Assembly (NCBI RefSeq): GCF_035594765.1
Contig: NC_085843.1
Span: 151,815,971-151,879,970, forward strand
DNA length: 64,000 nt
Direction of reading: 5' to 3'
Source: Anolis carolinensis
Lineage: Eukaryota
Shown: positions 14,260-25,350 of the stretch, piece by piece
How positions within the stretch are numbered: the stretch's first letter is position 1
How the letters are laid out: each line of letters starts with the position of its first letter
Translations under genes and position numbers: made by a program
Notes under the pieces: generated by a model
Told to the model about the DNA's origin: nothing
Seen by the model: only the letters and a program-made list of their open reading frames with translations
Databases searched by the model: none

Positions 14260-16878
14260 AAGGACCAGTAAATTGTAACTCAACCCAGATATGTTGAAGA
14301 TATTACTGATGATTCTTTAGCCAGTTCAAGATGGATTTATGTTGTCTATAAAAAGTGAGTTTTCCAGTTTGTGGTTGGTGTTAGATATAATTTTAGGAGG
14401 CCTAAATAACAGGCGTTCAGCTTTTGAAGCTGGCACATCAAGTATAGTTGCTAATGGAAGTCTGTAATCTTCTCACCTTTAACAATTACCTTGGACTAGG
14501 AAAAGGAAACAATTTGAACAGCTGCCATTTGCTTTAATAGTTGTTTACTGTTTATTATATTGTTTTATTATTAAGCCATAGTGAACATCTTTTTAATTGA
14601 AGGGTGAAATATCTAACTTAGAAAGAAATATCCTTGAATGGAGATTACTATTTGATTGCTACAAAAGTATTATGTGCAATGCAGCATGCAGTTTGCTTGT
14701 ATTCAGCATCACACATTGTTGAAATCCTTCATCTCTCATGGAAAAACTTCCATTCATTAATGTCCCAAGCAGTCTGAAAATGTTTTTGACAGATCAATTA
14801 AAAAAGTGTCACTGCCAATGCAACTTGATGCATAATTAAGACAAGTGAAAATACTAGTACGCGTGTGAGGCACCATAATGATACAGATCTGATTTATATT
14901 GTTGCCTGTGCTTTTGAATGAGGCATATGAATCAAAGTTAAGCCGACTGCAGATAAATCAACACGGGTAAAAATAATGTAATCAACATGACACAAACTGA
15001 ACACCCATGATTGCCTGTGTGTGTCTTGCAAAATGTGACAATAGTATCTGAAAAGCCATAAAGACAAGGGGAAAGGTTCTGGGCATTTCTTATTTTAGTT
15101 ATCCTACAAAATATTTGGATTATTTAGTTTACTGTAAACATCCATAGACAAATAGAAAGCATTTTTTGCATGTGATTATGCATTATGGTATAATAAATAG
15201 ACAACACAAAATCAACCATTCTTCCACTGAAATTAATCCTAGTTTCCAAGTAATGTTTCACTGTTGTTCCTCTGGGTACTGAAATGATAATGAAATATAC
15301 AAACTGCAAAGATGAAAAAAAATCGTTCTTTTGAATACAGAAAAATAACCTCCAGTTATTCAGGTTATCAAATGAAAACAAATGTTTTCTTCTTCTTCTG
15401 ATTGTGTGTGTGTGTGTATCTTAATGGTTTATACTTTAAAAGAGCCACATTTCTATGTGTATAATGGATTTCTTGCTTTATTATTAACTTCCATGGTGGC
15501 ACCTGACAGTGAAACAGATGTATTTTATTTTATTTGAAAATAGAGTGGTTGAAGGGAAATGATGTTTCCAATTAATTTCCATTGACAATTTGTTTTTCAT
15601 TTCTTGGATTATCTCATTTCATTTCCTTGGTCCTCCTTTAGCTTAGAGCTGGAGGAAATTAACTACTGATCACCTGCATTTATGGTTTTGATTTTGCAAT
15701 ACAATATGCATAGTATGATTCAGCAACTAAGAGAAAAAAAAATTCAACCACTGAAACACTTCTTCCTTAACCTACTGTCTTTTTGATAAGTGAGTATTAC
15801 TAGATAGCATCACATAAACTAGCACTACTTTCCTAAAATGCAAAAAAGTTTCCACACTGGTTGTTTGTGAACCATAAATAGAAGAATAAGCAAGAAATCT
15901 GATCAAATTTAGGGAAAGAGAACTACAGCAAGATACTATAGTTGAGAAGCTGTCTGGAAATTGCCTAGTGCTGCCCAAGCTCTATGAAATATACAAATGA
16001 TAGACATACTCTATGCTATGTATACTTTGTATGTGTGTGTGTTTTTTCAGAGAAGAGTGTTAATGGTCAGAGAAATTAGTGTCATTCTTTCCAATGAGCC
16101 AAAGGCATTTTCTTAACTGAAACTATGTTTGGCCCACTGTTTTCTTCATTGTTTAATCTGTTCCTTTTTAAATAAGAGAATGCATTGTGCAAATGAAATA
16201 TGCTGTCATTAGCTTCCTCATTTGAATTTCTGGCATCTAGCATCCATTTTTAATTGAAATGGAATATAGAGATCTAAAGCATCAGAGATGAATTTTTTTT
16301 GACCTTTTGTGTGAACATTTGGATTATTTTATAGGCTCTTTTTCTCTCTCTCAAGATAGAAATGTTATTAAAATAATATTGCTGAAAAATAAAAGATGTT
16401 CATGAATAAGCAAAAAAGGTACAGAAAACACATAATTAAGAAATGCTGCCCTCACCCTCTCTGTTATATTTTTTATTATCTTTTATGCATGAAAGGCAAT
16501 AATCTGAAGAAGAAAACTGTGTTTCTTCTTATAGAGATTCTCCATGAGATATGAAATCTTGACTTGCTATCTTCATAGAGAATGTACCAGAAATGGCACA
16601 ATAGGAGGGATGGTCTAGAAAGATCTAGAAATGAACAGAAATTTCTGCTGTCCAAGTGTAGCATAGCCAGGACAAAGCAGAGCAGAACTCGAGTGGGTGG
16701 AAGAAACTGGAGCTGGATCAGAGAAACCATGGATCTGTCTTTGATCATATCCTGAATTCTGGTTGCTGGGAAACAAAACAACAGAAGAGAATTTGTGCCC
16801 TGGTAGTGAACTTCCAACGGGCAGCTGGTAGACAAAGAGAGAAAGAGGAAAAAGTGGAAAAAGGACTTTGGTTTCATT

Positions 16879-16879
<1 letters not shown>

Positions 16880-16925
<46 letters not shown>

Positions 16926-17510
16926 CAACAACAACAACAACAACAACAACTTTATTTTTATACCCCACCACCATCTCCCCGAAGTGACTTGGGGCAGCTT
17001 ACATGGGGCCATGCCCAGGTAAAAACAATAACACAATAAAATACAACAAAATAAAAAGTGCAATTATAAAATTTTAAACATTCAACATATAAAGAGAAAA
17101 TAACAACTTATTGAAACACAAAATTAAAAAACATACTAGATAAAGTGCACCATCTAAATTTATATACATGAGGTAGCTGCTAAAGTGCAGTAAATTCATG
17201 AGAGGGCAACTTGGGATGGGAATAGGCCCTATGGCTATAACAACTTAACAAGGGCAAAAAAGTACAATTGATGAAGAAATGGTTTCAGGTGCAAGATTTA
17301 TTATGGTGACGGGCAATCCTTAACCAAAGGCCTGTGTGAACAGCCAGGTTTTCAAGCTCTTCCTAAATGCTGCCAAGGTAGGAGCTTGCCTAACCTCTGT
17401 GGGGAGTGAGTTCCAGAGCTGGAGGGCCACCACAGAGAAGGCCCTCTCTCTCATCCCCACCAACTGCGCTTGTGATGGAGGTGGGAGCGAGAGGAGGGCC
17501 TCTCCCGCCA
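16880..17510 (-). mobile_element. L2 LINE 3' fragment with (AAT)n/(AAC)n tail
   Basis: Minus-strand translation RAFSVVALQLWNSLPTEVRQAPTLAAFRKSLKTWLF (L2 ORF2 C-terminus), followed by 3' UTR and microsatellite tail. Confidence 0.85.
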
Positions 17511-17679
17511 AACAAAGAGATGAGAGTTCTTATCTTCTTGTGAAGCTTATTAAATGTCATGAGCAATTCAGTACCATCTCAACCTAATTTACATCATCAG
17601 GTTGTTGAGGAAAAGGTATGAATTCCATGAAAAAGGTGTGGATATACTGTATAAATAAATGGGTTACTACAACATTGGA

Positions 17680-17895
17680 TTATCTTGATGTGTGCTCTGA
17701 ATTCAGGATGGGAGGCCACCTTCAGAAAGGAATATGGAAAAACAAGGTGGTTTCAAATTAGTAAGGAGTCAGGCAAGGTAGCATTATGTCCCCTTATCTG
17801 TTTAATTTGTACACTGAATGTATCATAGGTAAATTTTATTTAGACTGTGAGAAAATAGGAGGAAAAATATCAACAATTAAAGATATGCAGATGAC
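17680..17895 (+). mobile_element. Old degenerate RTE-clade LINE fragment, left part (interrupted by CR1)
   Basis: Degenerate EYG-T-WF, GVRQG-I-SPYLFNLY-E and RYADD (AGA TAT GCA GAT GAC) motifs. Confidence 0.7.
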
Positions 17896-17914
17896 AATTA
17901 AAGATATGCAGATT

Positions 17915-18947
17915 AGTTGGTTCTCGCAGAAGCAGAGGAAGCAGGAGGACATTTTTGCTCCCTGGCTTCAGGTAGAATTTGGCTAAGATTTGGCTAAGAT
18001 TTTAAACTGAGTTTGGGCTTGGCTCCTGTGGTCAAAGTCTAACTGTTGTGTGACTGTTGTGTTGAAAGAGAGCCAGGTACTTAAGTTGATTGACAGCAGG
18101 CATTGTCCCCTGTTAATTGAGTTTCTGGGAAAGCTTTATTTGCCAGTGTGAGTTTCTGCCAGAGCCTGATCCCAGAAGGGCAGTTGGTTCTCGCAGAAGC
18201 AGAGGAAGCAGGAGGACATTTTTGCTCCCTGGCTTCAGGTAGGATTTGGCTAAGATTTGGCTAAGATTTTAAACTGAGTTTGGGCTTGGCTCCTGTGGTC
18301 AAAGTCTAACTGTTGTGTGACTGTTGTGTTGAAAGAGAGCCAGGTACTTAAGTTGATTGACAGCAGGCATTGTCCCCTGTTAATTGAGTTTCTGGGAAAG
18401 CTTTATTTGCCAGTGTGAGTTTCTGCCAGAGCCTGATCCCAGAAGGGCAGTTGGTTCTCGCAGAAGCAGAGGAAGCAGGAGGACATTTTTGCTCCCTGGC
18501 TTCAGGTAGGATTTGGCTAAGATTTGGCTAAGATTTTAAACTGAGTTTGGGCTTGGCTCCTGTGGTCAAAGTCTAACTGTTGTGTGACTGTTGTGTTGAA
18601 AGAGAGCCAGGTACTTAAGTTGATTGACAGCAGGCATTGTCCCCTGTTAATTGAGTTTCTGGGAAAGCTTTATTTGCCAGTGTGAGTTTCTGCCAGAGCC
18701 TGATCCCAGAAGGGCAGTTGGTTCTCGCAGAAGCAGAGGAAGCAGGAGGACATTTTTGCTCCCTGGCTTCAGGTAGGATTTGGCTAAGATTTGGCTAAGA
18801 TTTTAAACTGAGTTTGGGCTTGGCTCCTGTGGTCAAAGTCTAACTGTTGTGTGACTGTTGTGTTGAAAGAGAGCCAGGTACTTAAGTTGATTGACAGCAG
18901 GCATTGTCCCCTGTTAATTGAGTTTCTGGGAAAGCTTTATTTGCCAG
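17915..18947 (+). repeat. Tandem array of 267-bp monomers (three full copies plus one 232-bp partial) forming most of the CR1 5' UTR
   Basis: AGTTGGTTCTCGCAGAAGC starts at 17915, 18182, 18449 and 18716 (period 267). Copies are essentially identical; copy 1 has GGTAGAAT where the others have GGTAGGAT. Confidence 0.95.
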
Positions 18948-19115
18948 GCACCTTTAGTAAAGGCACCTTTACTAACTATTCTTTGCAGTACATACAGGAA
19001 ACAAAGCAACATAAACAAATACACAAAGACGTGGTTTGTTGCAGTCTGCACATAAAGTGCGTGCATATTACTTAACTGTACAAAGATCCCACTTGGCCAC
19101 CACGCTCACCAAGAG

Positions 19116-20387
19116 ATGCAACAAAAGCAAAACATTCCCATCACATGCACCAGCTGTGGCATGTTCCGCTTTTTCACACAAAAACTAGACAACTACATCT
19201 GCTCCAAATGCAAACAGATGACTCTGATGGAGCAGAGGATCCAACAGCTCGAGCACCGTATTAAGACCCTTAAGGACATTCAGGCACTCGAGCTCTTCTT
19301 GGACACTGCACAACACGCTGCTGTAGATCAGCAGCCTGCATCACACCAACACCACCAAGACCATGATCAGGAACCTTATGGGGAGATCAACTCAAAGGTA
19401 GACAACCCTCAGGCTTGGAAGGAGGTCACCCATAGAAGGAGACGCAGGACCAGGCAGCCTCCACAGAACTCCTCTGCTCAGCTGCATTTACACAACAGAT
19501 TTGAAATTCTTACATCATTAACATACAATCAGGAAACACATCTTGTGGAGGACCACAGTTTCTTAGATACCACTCAGTGGACCATCCTGGATCAATGCGC
19601 AGGGGATAGCCCTGACAGGGACAGTGCATCACCACAGTCACACTTATGTAATCATGCAAATGCTCCACCCCCAATCATAGACCAGGAGCAACAGGAACAT
19701 CCTTGGGAGAGTAATGGGCTCTCGGATGTATCTCAATGGATTGTCATTGATGAATGCACTGGGGATGTTGAGGAGGAGGACAACACTTTACACCTACATG
19801 ATTCACTTCAACAGGAACACTCTTCAGGGGACATACACACTGTCTTGCACAAAAGGGACCCTGTCAATCCTCAAAGGAAACAGGTCTTGGTAGTAGGTGA
19901 CTCCCTCCTTAGAGGAACGGAAGCCATCATTTCCAGACCGGATGGGATGGCTCGAGAAACATGCTGCCTCCCGGGGGCAAAAATACACCATATCACTCAG
20001 AGGCTCAGCAGGCTCCTAAAGCCCCATCACCCTCCCCACCTTATGTTGATTCATGTAGGTACCAATGACACCGCTAGGCATACTTTTCAAAAGATCACAA
20101 ATGATTTTCGAGCTCTGGGAACAAAGCTAAAACTGTATAATGTACATGTGATCTTTTCATCCCTCCTCCCCGTTGTAGGACATGGCTCTACAAGGGCCGG
20201 AAAAATAGTACAGGTCAATAACTGGCTCAGAAAATGGTGTCAAGAGGAGCATTTTGGCTTCCTTGACCATGGTCTACTCTTCCAAGAGGATGGACTACTG
20301 GCAAGCGATGGGGTGCATCTCACACAAGTAGGAAAACATCTTTTTGCACACAGACTCACAAACCTCATCAGGCGCACTTTAAACTAA
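19116..20387 (+). CDS. CR1 ORF1 protein: N-terminal CxxC-x14-CxxC zinc finger, coiled coil, basic patch, C-terminal SGNH/GDSL esterase domain
   Basis: CTSC...CSKC; [15 protein letters not shown] heptads; HRRRRRTR; esterase blocks VVGDSL, HVGTND and DGVHL. Confidence 0.93.
   Translation: MQQKQNIPITCTSCGMFRFFTQKLDNYICSKCKQMTLMEQRIQQLEHRIKTLKDIQALELFLDTAQHAAVDQQPASHQHHQDHDQEPYGEINSKVDNPQAWKEVTHRRRRRTRQPPQNSSAQLHLHNRFEILTSLTYNQETHLVEDHSFLDTTQWTILDQCAGDSPDRDSASPQSHLCNHANAPPPIIDQEQQEHPWESNGLSDVSQWIVIDECTGDVEEEDNTLHLHDSLQQEHSSGDIHTVLHKRDPVNPQRKQVLVVGDSLLRGTEAIISRPDGMARETCCLPGAKIHHITQRLSRLLKPHHPPHLMLIHVGTNDTARHTFQKITNDFRALGTKLKLYNVHVIFSSLLPVVGHGSTRAGKIVQVNNWLRKWCQEEHFGFLDHGLLFQEDGLLASDGVHLTQVGKHLFAHRLTNLIRRTLN
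20378..20384 (+). other. Candidate -1 ribosomal frameshift slippery heptamer T_TTA_AAC at the ORF1/ORF2 overlap
   Basis: ORF1 ends ACT TTA AAC TAA, giving an X_XXY_YYZ heptamer in the correct phase. The -1 frame is ORF2. Confidence 0.6.
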
Positions 20388-20578
20388 ATACACTGGGGGA
20401 GGGGAACAACAGCCTGGCGAACACTATATTACCCACGACCACAGGGAACCGCCGTAAGGCTAAACGGAGGGCTGCACAAACACAGCAAGGACCAAGTACA
20501 GAGAGCACAATAATCCCAAATAAACAGTTCGAGGGGAGGTCACAGGGGCTTACATGTCTTTACACTAATGCTCAGAGC

Positions 20579-23314
20579 ATGGGAAATAAGCAAGACGAAC
20601 TCCAACTCCTAGCACAGCACCACACATACGATGTCATAGGCATCACTGAAACCTGGTGGGATGACTCCCATCACTGGAATTTAACCATTGAGGGCTATAA
20701 CCTCTTTCACATAAATAGAACAAAGGGGAGAGGAGGGGGAGTAGCTTTATATGTCAAAAACAGTTACGTTGCAGAAGAAATGCAAGACTGTAATCCGGGA
20801 AACCAGCTTGAAAGCATCTGGATAAGAATCAAGGGAACCGGGACTCAAAAAGATCTTGTCGTGGGTGTCTACTACAGACCTCCGAGTCAGGATGAAGGAC
20901 TTGATGAAGCCTTCTGTCAACAGCTGACCAAACAGGCACAAAGAAGAGATATAGTAGTCATGGGCGATTTCAATTATCCCGATATCTGCTGGAAAACAAA
21001 CTCAGCCAAGAGTACAAAGTCCAACAAATTCCTCACTTGCCTTGCAGATAATTTTATGGTCCAGAAGGTAGAAGAGGCAACAAGGGGATCAGCAACTCTT
21101 GATCTAATCTTAACAAATGTGGAAGACCTGATCAATACAGTTGAAGTGGTTGGATCCTTAGGGGCAAGTGACCATGTGCTCCTGCAGTTTGCAATACAAA
21201 GGAATGCTGAAACTAAGACAAGTCAAACACGCATTCTGGACTTTAAGAGAGCTGACTTCCAAAAAATGAAGGAATTACTGAGCGGCATTCCATGGACGCC
21301 GATATTAAAAAACAAGGGAGTTAAGGATGGATGGGAGTTTTTCAAAAGTGAAATACTCAAGGCGCAAATGCAAACAGTGCCAACAAAGAAGAAAAATAAG
21401 ACAAGTGCAAAGAAGCCAGAATGGATGTCCAAAGAACTTCTAACTGAGCTAAAGCTCAAAAGTGACATGCACAAGAAGTGGAAAAGGGGAGAAATCACCA
21501 AAGAAGAATTCAAACGTATAGCCAACTCCTGTAGGGAAAAGGTTCGCAAGGCTAAAGCGCAAAATGAGCTCAGGCTTGCCAGGGACATAAAAAACAACAA
21601 AAAAGGTTTTTTTGCTTATGTTGGTAGAAAAAGGAAGAAAAAGGAGGCGATAGGGCCACTGCAAGGAGTAGATGGGGTGATGGTGACAGGGGATAGGGAA
21701 AAGGCAGAACTGCTTAATGCCTTCTTTGCCTCGGTCTTCTCACAAAAAGAAAGCCATCTTCAACCTCAGCAACATGGAATGGACGAAGGATTGGGGGAAA
21801 TCCAACCCCAAATAGGGAAACAAGTTGTCCAGGAACACCTGGCCACTCTAAACGAATTCAAGCCCCCAGGGCCAGATCAGCTACATCCAAGAGTATTGAA
21901 GGAACTAGCGGAAGTTATTTCAGAACCACTGGCAATCATCTTCGAGAGTTCTTGGAGAACAGGAGAAGTCCCAGCAGATTGGAGGAGGGCGAATGTGGTC
22001 CCTATCTTCAAGAAGGGAAAAAAGAACGACCCAAACAATTACCGTCCGGTCAGCCTCACATCAATACCAGGCAAGATGCTGGAAAAGATCATTAAGGAAG
22101 TGGTCTGCAAACACTTAGAAACAAATGCGGTCATTGCTAATAGTCAACACGGATTTACCAAAAACAAGTCATGCCAGACTAATCTGATCTCTTTTTTCGA
22201 TAGAGTTACGAGTTGGGTCGATACAGGGAATGCCGTGGATGTAGCATATCTAGATTTCAGTAAGGCCTTCGACAAAGTCCCCCACGACCTTCTGGCAAAC
22301 AAACTAGTAAAATGTGGGCTAGACAAAACTACGGTTAGGTGGATCTGTAATTGGCTAAGTGAACGAACCCAAAGGGTGCTCACCAATGCGTCGTCTTCAT
22401 CATGGAAAGAAGTGACAAGTGGAGTGCCGCAGGGCTCCGTCCTGGGCCCGGTTCTGTTCAACATCTTTATTAACGACTTAGACGAAGGGTTAGAAGGCAC
22501 GATCATCAAGTTTGCAGATGACACCAAACTCGGAGGGATAGCTAACACTCCAGAAGACAGGAGCAGAATTCAAAACGATCTTGACAGACTAGAGAGATGG
22601 GCCGAAACTAACAAAATGAAGTTCAACAGGGACAAATGCAAGATACTTCACTTCGGCAGAAAAAATGGAAATCAAAGATACAGAATGGGGGACGCCTGGC
22701 TTGACAGCAGTGTGTGCGAAAAAGATCTTGGAGTCCTCGTGGACAACAAGTTAAACATGAGCCTACAATGTGATGCGGCAGCTAAAAAAGCCAATGGGAT
22801 TTTGGCCTGCATCAATAGGGGAATAACGTCTAGATCCAGGGAAGTCATGCTCCCCCTCTATTCTGCCTTGGTCAGACCACACCTGGAATACTGTGTCCAG
22901 TTTTGGGCACCGCAGATGAAGGGAGATGCTGATAAGCTGGAAAGCGTCCAGAGGAGGGCAACTAAAATGATTAAGGGTCTGGAGAACAAGCCCTATGAGG
23001 AGAGGCTTAAAGAGCTGGGCATGTTTAGCCTGCAGAAGAGAAGGCTGAGAGGAGACATGATAGCCATGTACAAATATGTGAGGGGAAGTCATAGGGAGGA
23101 GGGAGCAAGCTTATTTTCTGCTGCCCTGCAGACTAGGACACGGAACAATGGCTTCAAACTACAGGAAAGGAGATTCCACCTGAACATCAGGAAGAACTTC
23201 CTCACTGTGAGGGCTGTTCGGCAGTGGAACTCTCTCCCCCGGGCCGTGGTGGAGGCTCCTTCTTTGGAGGCTTTTAAGCAGAGGCTGGATGGCCATCTGT
23301 CGGGGGTGCTTTGA
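20579..23314 (+). CDS. CR1 ORF2 protein: APE endonuclease plus reverse transcriptase (true coding start probably upstream; frame open from 20267)
   Basis: APE motifs GITETW, YYRPP, MGDFN, LDLIL, SDH. RT motifs [37 protein letters not shown]. No stops or frameshifts. Confidence 0.96.
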   Translation: MGNKQDELQLLAQHHTYDVIGITETWWDDSHHWNLTIEGYNLFHINRTKGRGGGVALYVKNSYVAEEMQDCNPGNQLESIWIRIKGTGTQKDLVVGVYYRPPSQDEGLDEAFCQQLTKQAQRRDIVVMGDFNYPDICWKTNSAKSTKSNKFLTCLADNFMVQKVEEATRGSATLDLILTNVEDLINTVEVVGSLGASDHVLLQFAIQRNAETKTSQTRILDFKRADFQKMKELLSGIPWTPILKNKGVKDGWEFFKSEILKAQMQTVPTKKKNKTSAKKPEWMSKELLTELKLKSDMHKKWKRGEITKEEFKRIANSCREKVRKAKAQNELRLARDIKNNKKGFFAYVGRKRKKKEAIGPLQGVDGVMVTGDREKAELLNAFFASVFSQKESHLQPQQHGMDEGLGEIQPQIGKQVVQEHLATLNEFKPPGPDQLHPRVLKELAEVISEPLAIIFESSWRTGEVPADWRRANVVPIFKKGKKNDPNNYRPVSLTSIPGKMLEKIIKEVVCKHLETNAVIANSQHGFTKNKSCQTNLISFFDRVTSWVDTGNAVDVAYLDFSKAFDKVPHDLLANKLVKCGLDKTTVRWICNWLSERTQRVLTNASSSSWKEVTSGVPQGSVLGPVLFNIFINDLDEGLEGTIIKFADDTKLGGIANTPEDRSRIQNDLDRLERWAETNKMKFNRDKCKILHFGRKNGNQRYRMGDAWLDSSVCEKDLGVLVDNKLNMSLQCDAAAKKANGILACINRGITSRSREVMLPLYSALVRPHLEYCVQFWAPQMKGDADKLESVQRRATKMIKGLENKPYEERLKELGMFSLQKRRLRGDMIAMYKYVRGSHREEGASLFSAALQTRTRNNGFKLQERRFHLNIRKNFLTVRAVRQWNSLPRAVVEAPSLEAFKQRLDGHLSGVL

Positions 23315-23410
23315 ATGCGATTTCCTGCTTCTTAGCGGGGGGTTGGACTAGATGGCCCTTGAGGTCTCTTCCAACTCTACTATTCTATGATTCTATGATT
23401 CTATGATTCT

Positions 23411-23585
23411 ATGACACCATACTACTACCAGAATAAATAGTAAAAACTTGAAGCAATAACTGAAGAAAATCAGGAGGGAAATTGTCAAGGAAGGTTTGCA
23501 AATGAACAATAAGAAAAGAAGCACAATGACCATAGATGTTTTACATAACTTTAAAGTAAATGATGAAGATATTAAAACAGTTCAA
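23411..23585 (+). mobile_element. Old degenerate RTE-clade LINE fragment, right part (continues 17680-17895)
   Basis: Resumes GAC ACC ATA CTA CTA (D-T-I-L-L), then degenerate EGLQMNNKKRSTM corresponding to RTE GLQLNIKKTKIM. Confidence 0.65.
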
Positions 23586-24949
23586 GCTTGGTGGGAGGTA
23601 GGGACAAAGCAGACGTTTTCCCCTAATCTGTGGTGGAAAACAGGTATACAATTTACATCTCAGTATGCACATAAGGCATCAATTTTGGTGAAGGCCAGGA
23701 ACGGGAACCCCCACCTGTGAGTTTGGTCAACTGAGGTGGGGGCAAGCAGAAATTGCCTTAGAGCTACGGAGGAATTCTAATGCCGGAAGTCGCTCGACTT
23801 GGAATTTGAATACTCCATGCAGTTTCCCTACTCAGTTGTGCTGGTTACGACAAAGGAACTCAGATGTCTCGCCCAAGTTAGCTGAGGAGTGAGTCTGGGA
23901 TAGACACTGCCTCGGTTTACACAACACCAAGTTCAAACCCCTACTTTAAGCTAGTTGCTAGTTGCATGAAGAAAGTTTAAATAGGTAACTATTTAATAAA
24001 AGCTGCCTATATTTAATCCAACACAGTTGTCTGATCTCATTATTTCATTGATGGGTAGGAAAATTGCACATTGCTTCTTTTTCTGAACAGAAATATTGTT
24101 TTCTGTGATTTTTTTTAAAAAAATCTCACTTTTTTTCTGCACAAAGAAACCATGTGTAACTTCAAAATGTCCTGACTCATAAGAAACATAATATCAGCAT
24201 TTCTGAATATTTCTCAGGTGATGCAACTGACTAAGTTAATGATTTGTGCATATAATGGTATTTTTTTCATCTCAAAGTAGACTGGCTGGTTGGATTATTG
24301 AGGGATAAATTTATTTAATTTATTTTATGAAGTTATGCATTGTCCTTCAATATAAATATTCCCAAGGCAGTGTACAGCTTTAAAAAAGGACAGACATAGC
24401 AAAAAAAAACAAAACAAAAAAACATAAACATTGCCACATTAGGAAGTAATCTGCTCAGACACAGATAAGAATGCTTGTTCAGCACAAATGCTGCAATGTT
24501 AACTACATGTAGAGTACATTGCAGTAGCCTAATTGGGTTATTACTAGTTCAGACTACTGTAGCTAAGGCCCCATTTACACTGCATATAATAAAGTTGGAA
24601 ACTGCACCAATATTGTCAATGTCGACTTATGTAATGTCATTTAACCTCATTGAACTTCAATGTATGAGTCTACACCAGAGGATTCCAAAGATTTCATGTT
24701 GATGAGATGCTCTTCAGACATGTATCATTTTCAACATGACAATTCGCTTTTTCTAGCAAACCAGAGGTTAAACCAGCCCCTTGTAAGATATACAAACAGA
24801 TATGTAAATTGTAGTAATGACATGTATAGGTACACAACATATTTTACAAAAATCTTTGATTTGTATTTTTTAAATATATAATTTATTGCTCATCTCACAC
24901 AGATTCATTACATTTGTGTGACATACACACTGCAGCCAACACATTAACA

Positions 24950-25350
24950 TGCCACCACACAAATTTTGGAAAGATCTGGTTTACACTGACCATATAACAT
25001 GGCAGTGTCGAATGGTTTTTTGTTATCCTGTCCAGAAAAGGCTGTAGCTGGTACACCAATGTGAGCTAGCTCTAACCTTTCCATGCCAGAATCCACCTGG
25101 ACCTCTAGTGAAAAGATAGAACTACAGCTGAACTGCCCACTTGCTACTTTGGGACAATATAGCCTCATCCTGAGTAAATTCTTACCCAATTTCCAGAGAT
25201 GAGACATACCAGTTTCCAAGGCCTTCATCTTATTGGGATTCAGCTTCCGTTCATTGGCCCTCATCCAACCTGATACAACCTCCAAGCAGTGATTCATCAC
25301 ATATACAGCCTTAGCAGACTCCAATGACAAGGAAATGTGTAGTGAAGTCA
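24950..25350 (-). mobile_element. Old L2/CR1-group LINE RT fragment
   Basis: Minus translation NHCLEVVSGWMRANERKLNPNKMKAL resembles the L2 'CL..I..WM..N.LKLNP.KTE' motif. Confidence 0.65.

Larger units (their letters stand above)
17915..23413 (+). mobile_element. Full-length, apparently intact CR1 LINE retrotransposon (~5.5 kb)
   Basis: 5' UTR, two long uninterrupted ORFs, CR1-type 3' UTR and four ATTCTATG octamers (23382-23413). Confidence 0.96.

Noticed and set aside
13468-14283. Antisense ORFs over the BovB fragment (similarly over CR1 ORF2 and 62310-63167)
   Set aside because: Shadow ORFs on the opposite strand of retrotransposon coding sequence.
14700-15060. Possible conserved non-coding enhancer (homeobox-like TAAT/TGAT motifs)
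   Set aside because: Conservation cannot be judged without alignments, and such motifs are common in AT-rich DNA.
17915-18947. CRISPR-like or satellite interpretation of the tandem array
   Set aside because: There are no unique spacers, the context is eukaryotic, and the array is contiguous with the CR1 leader.
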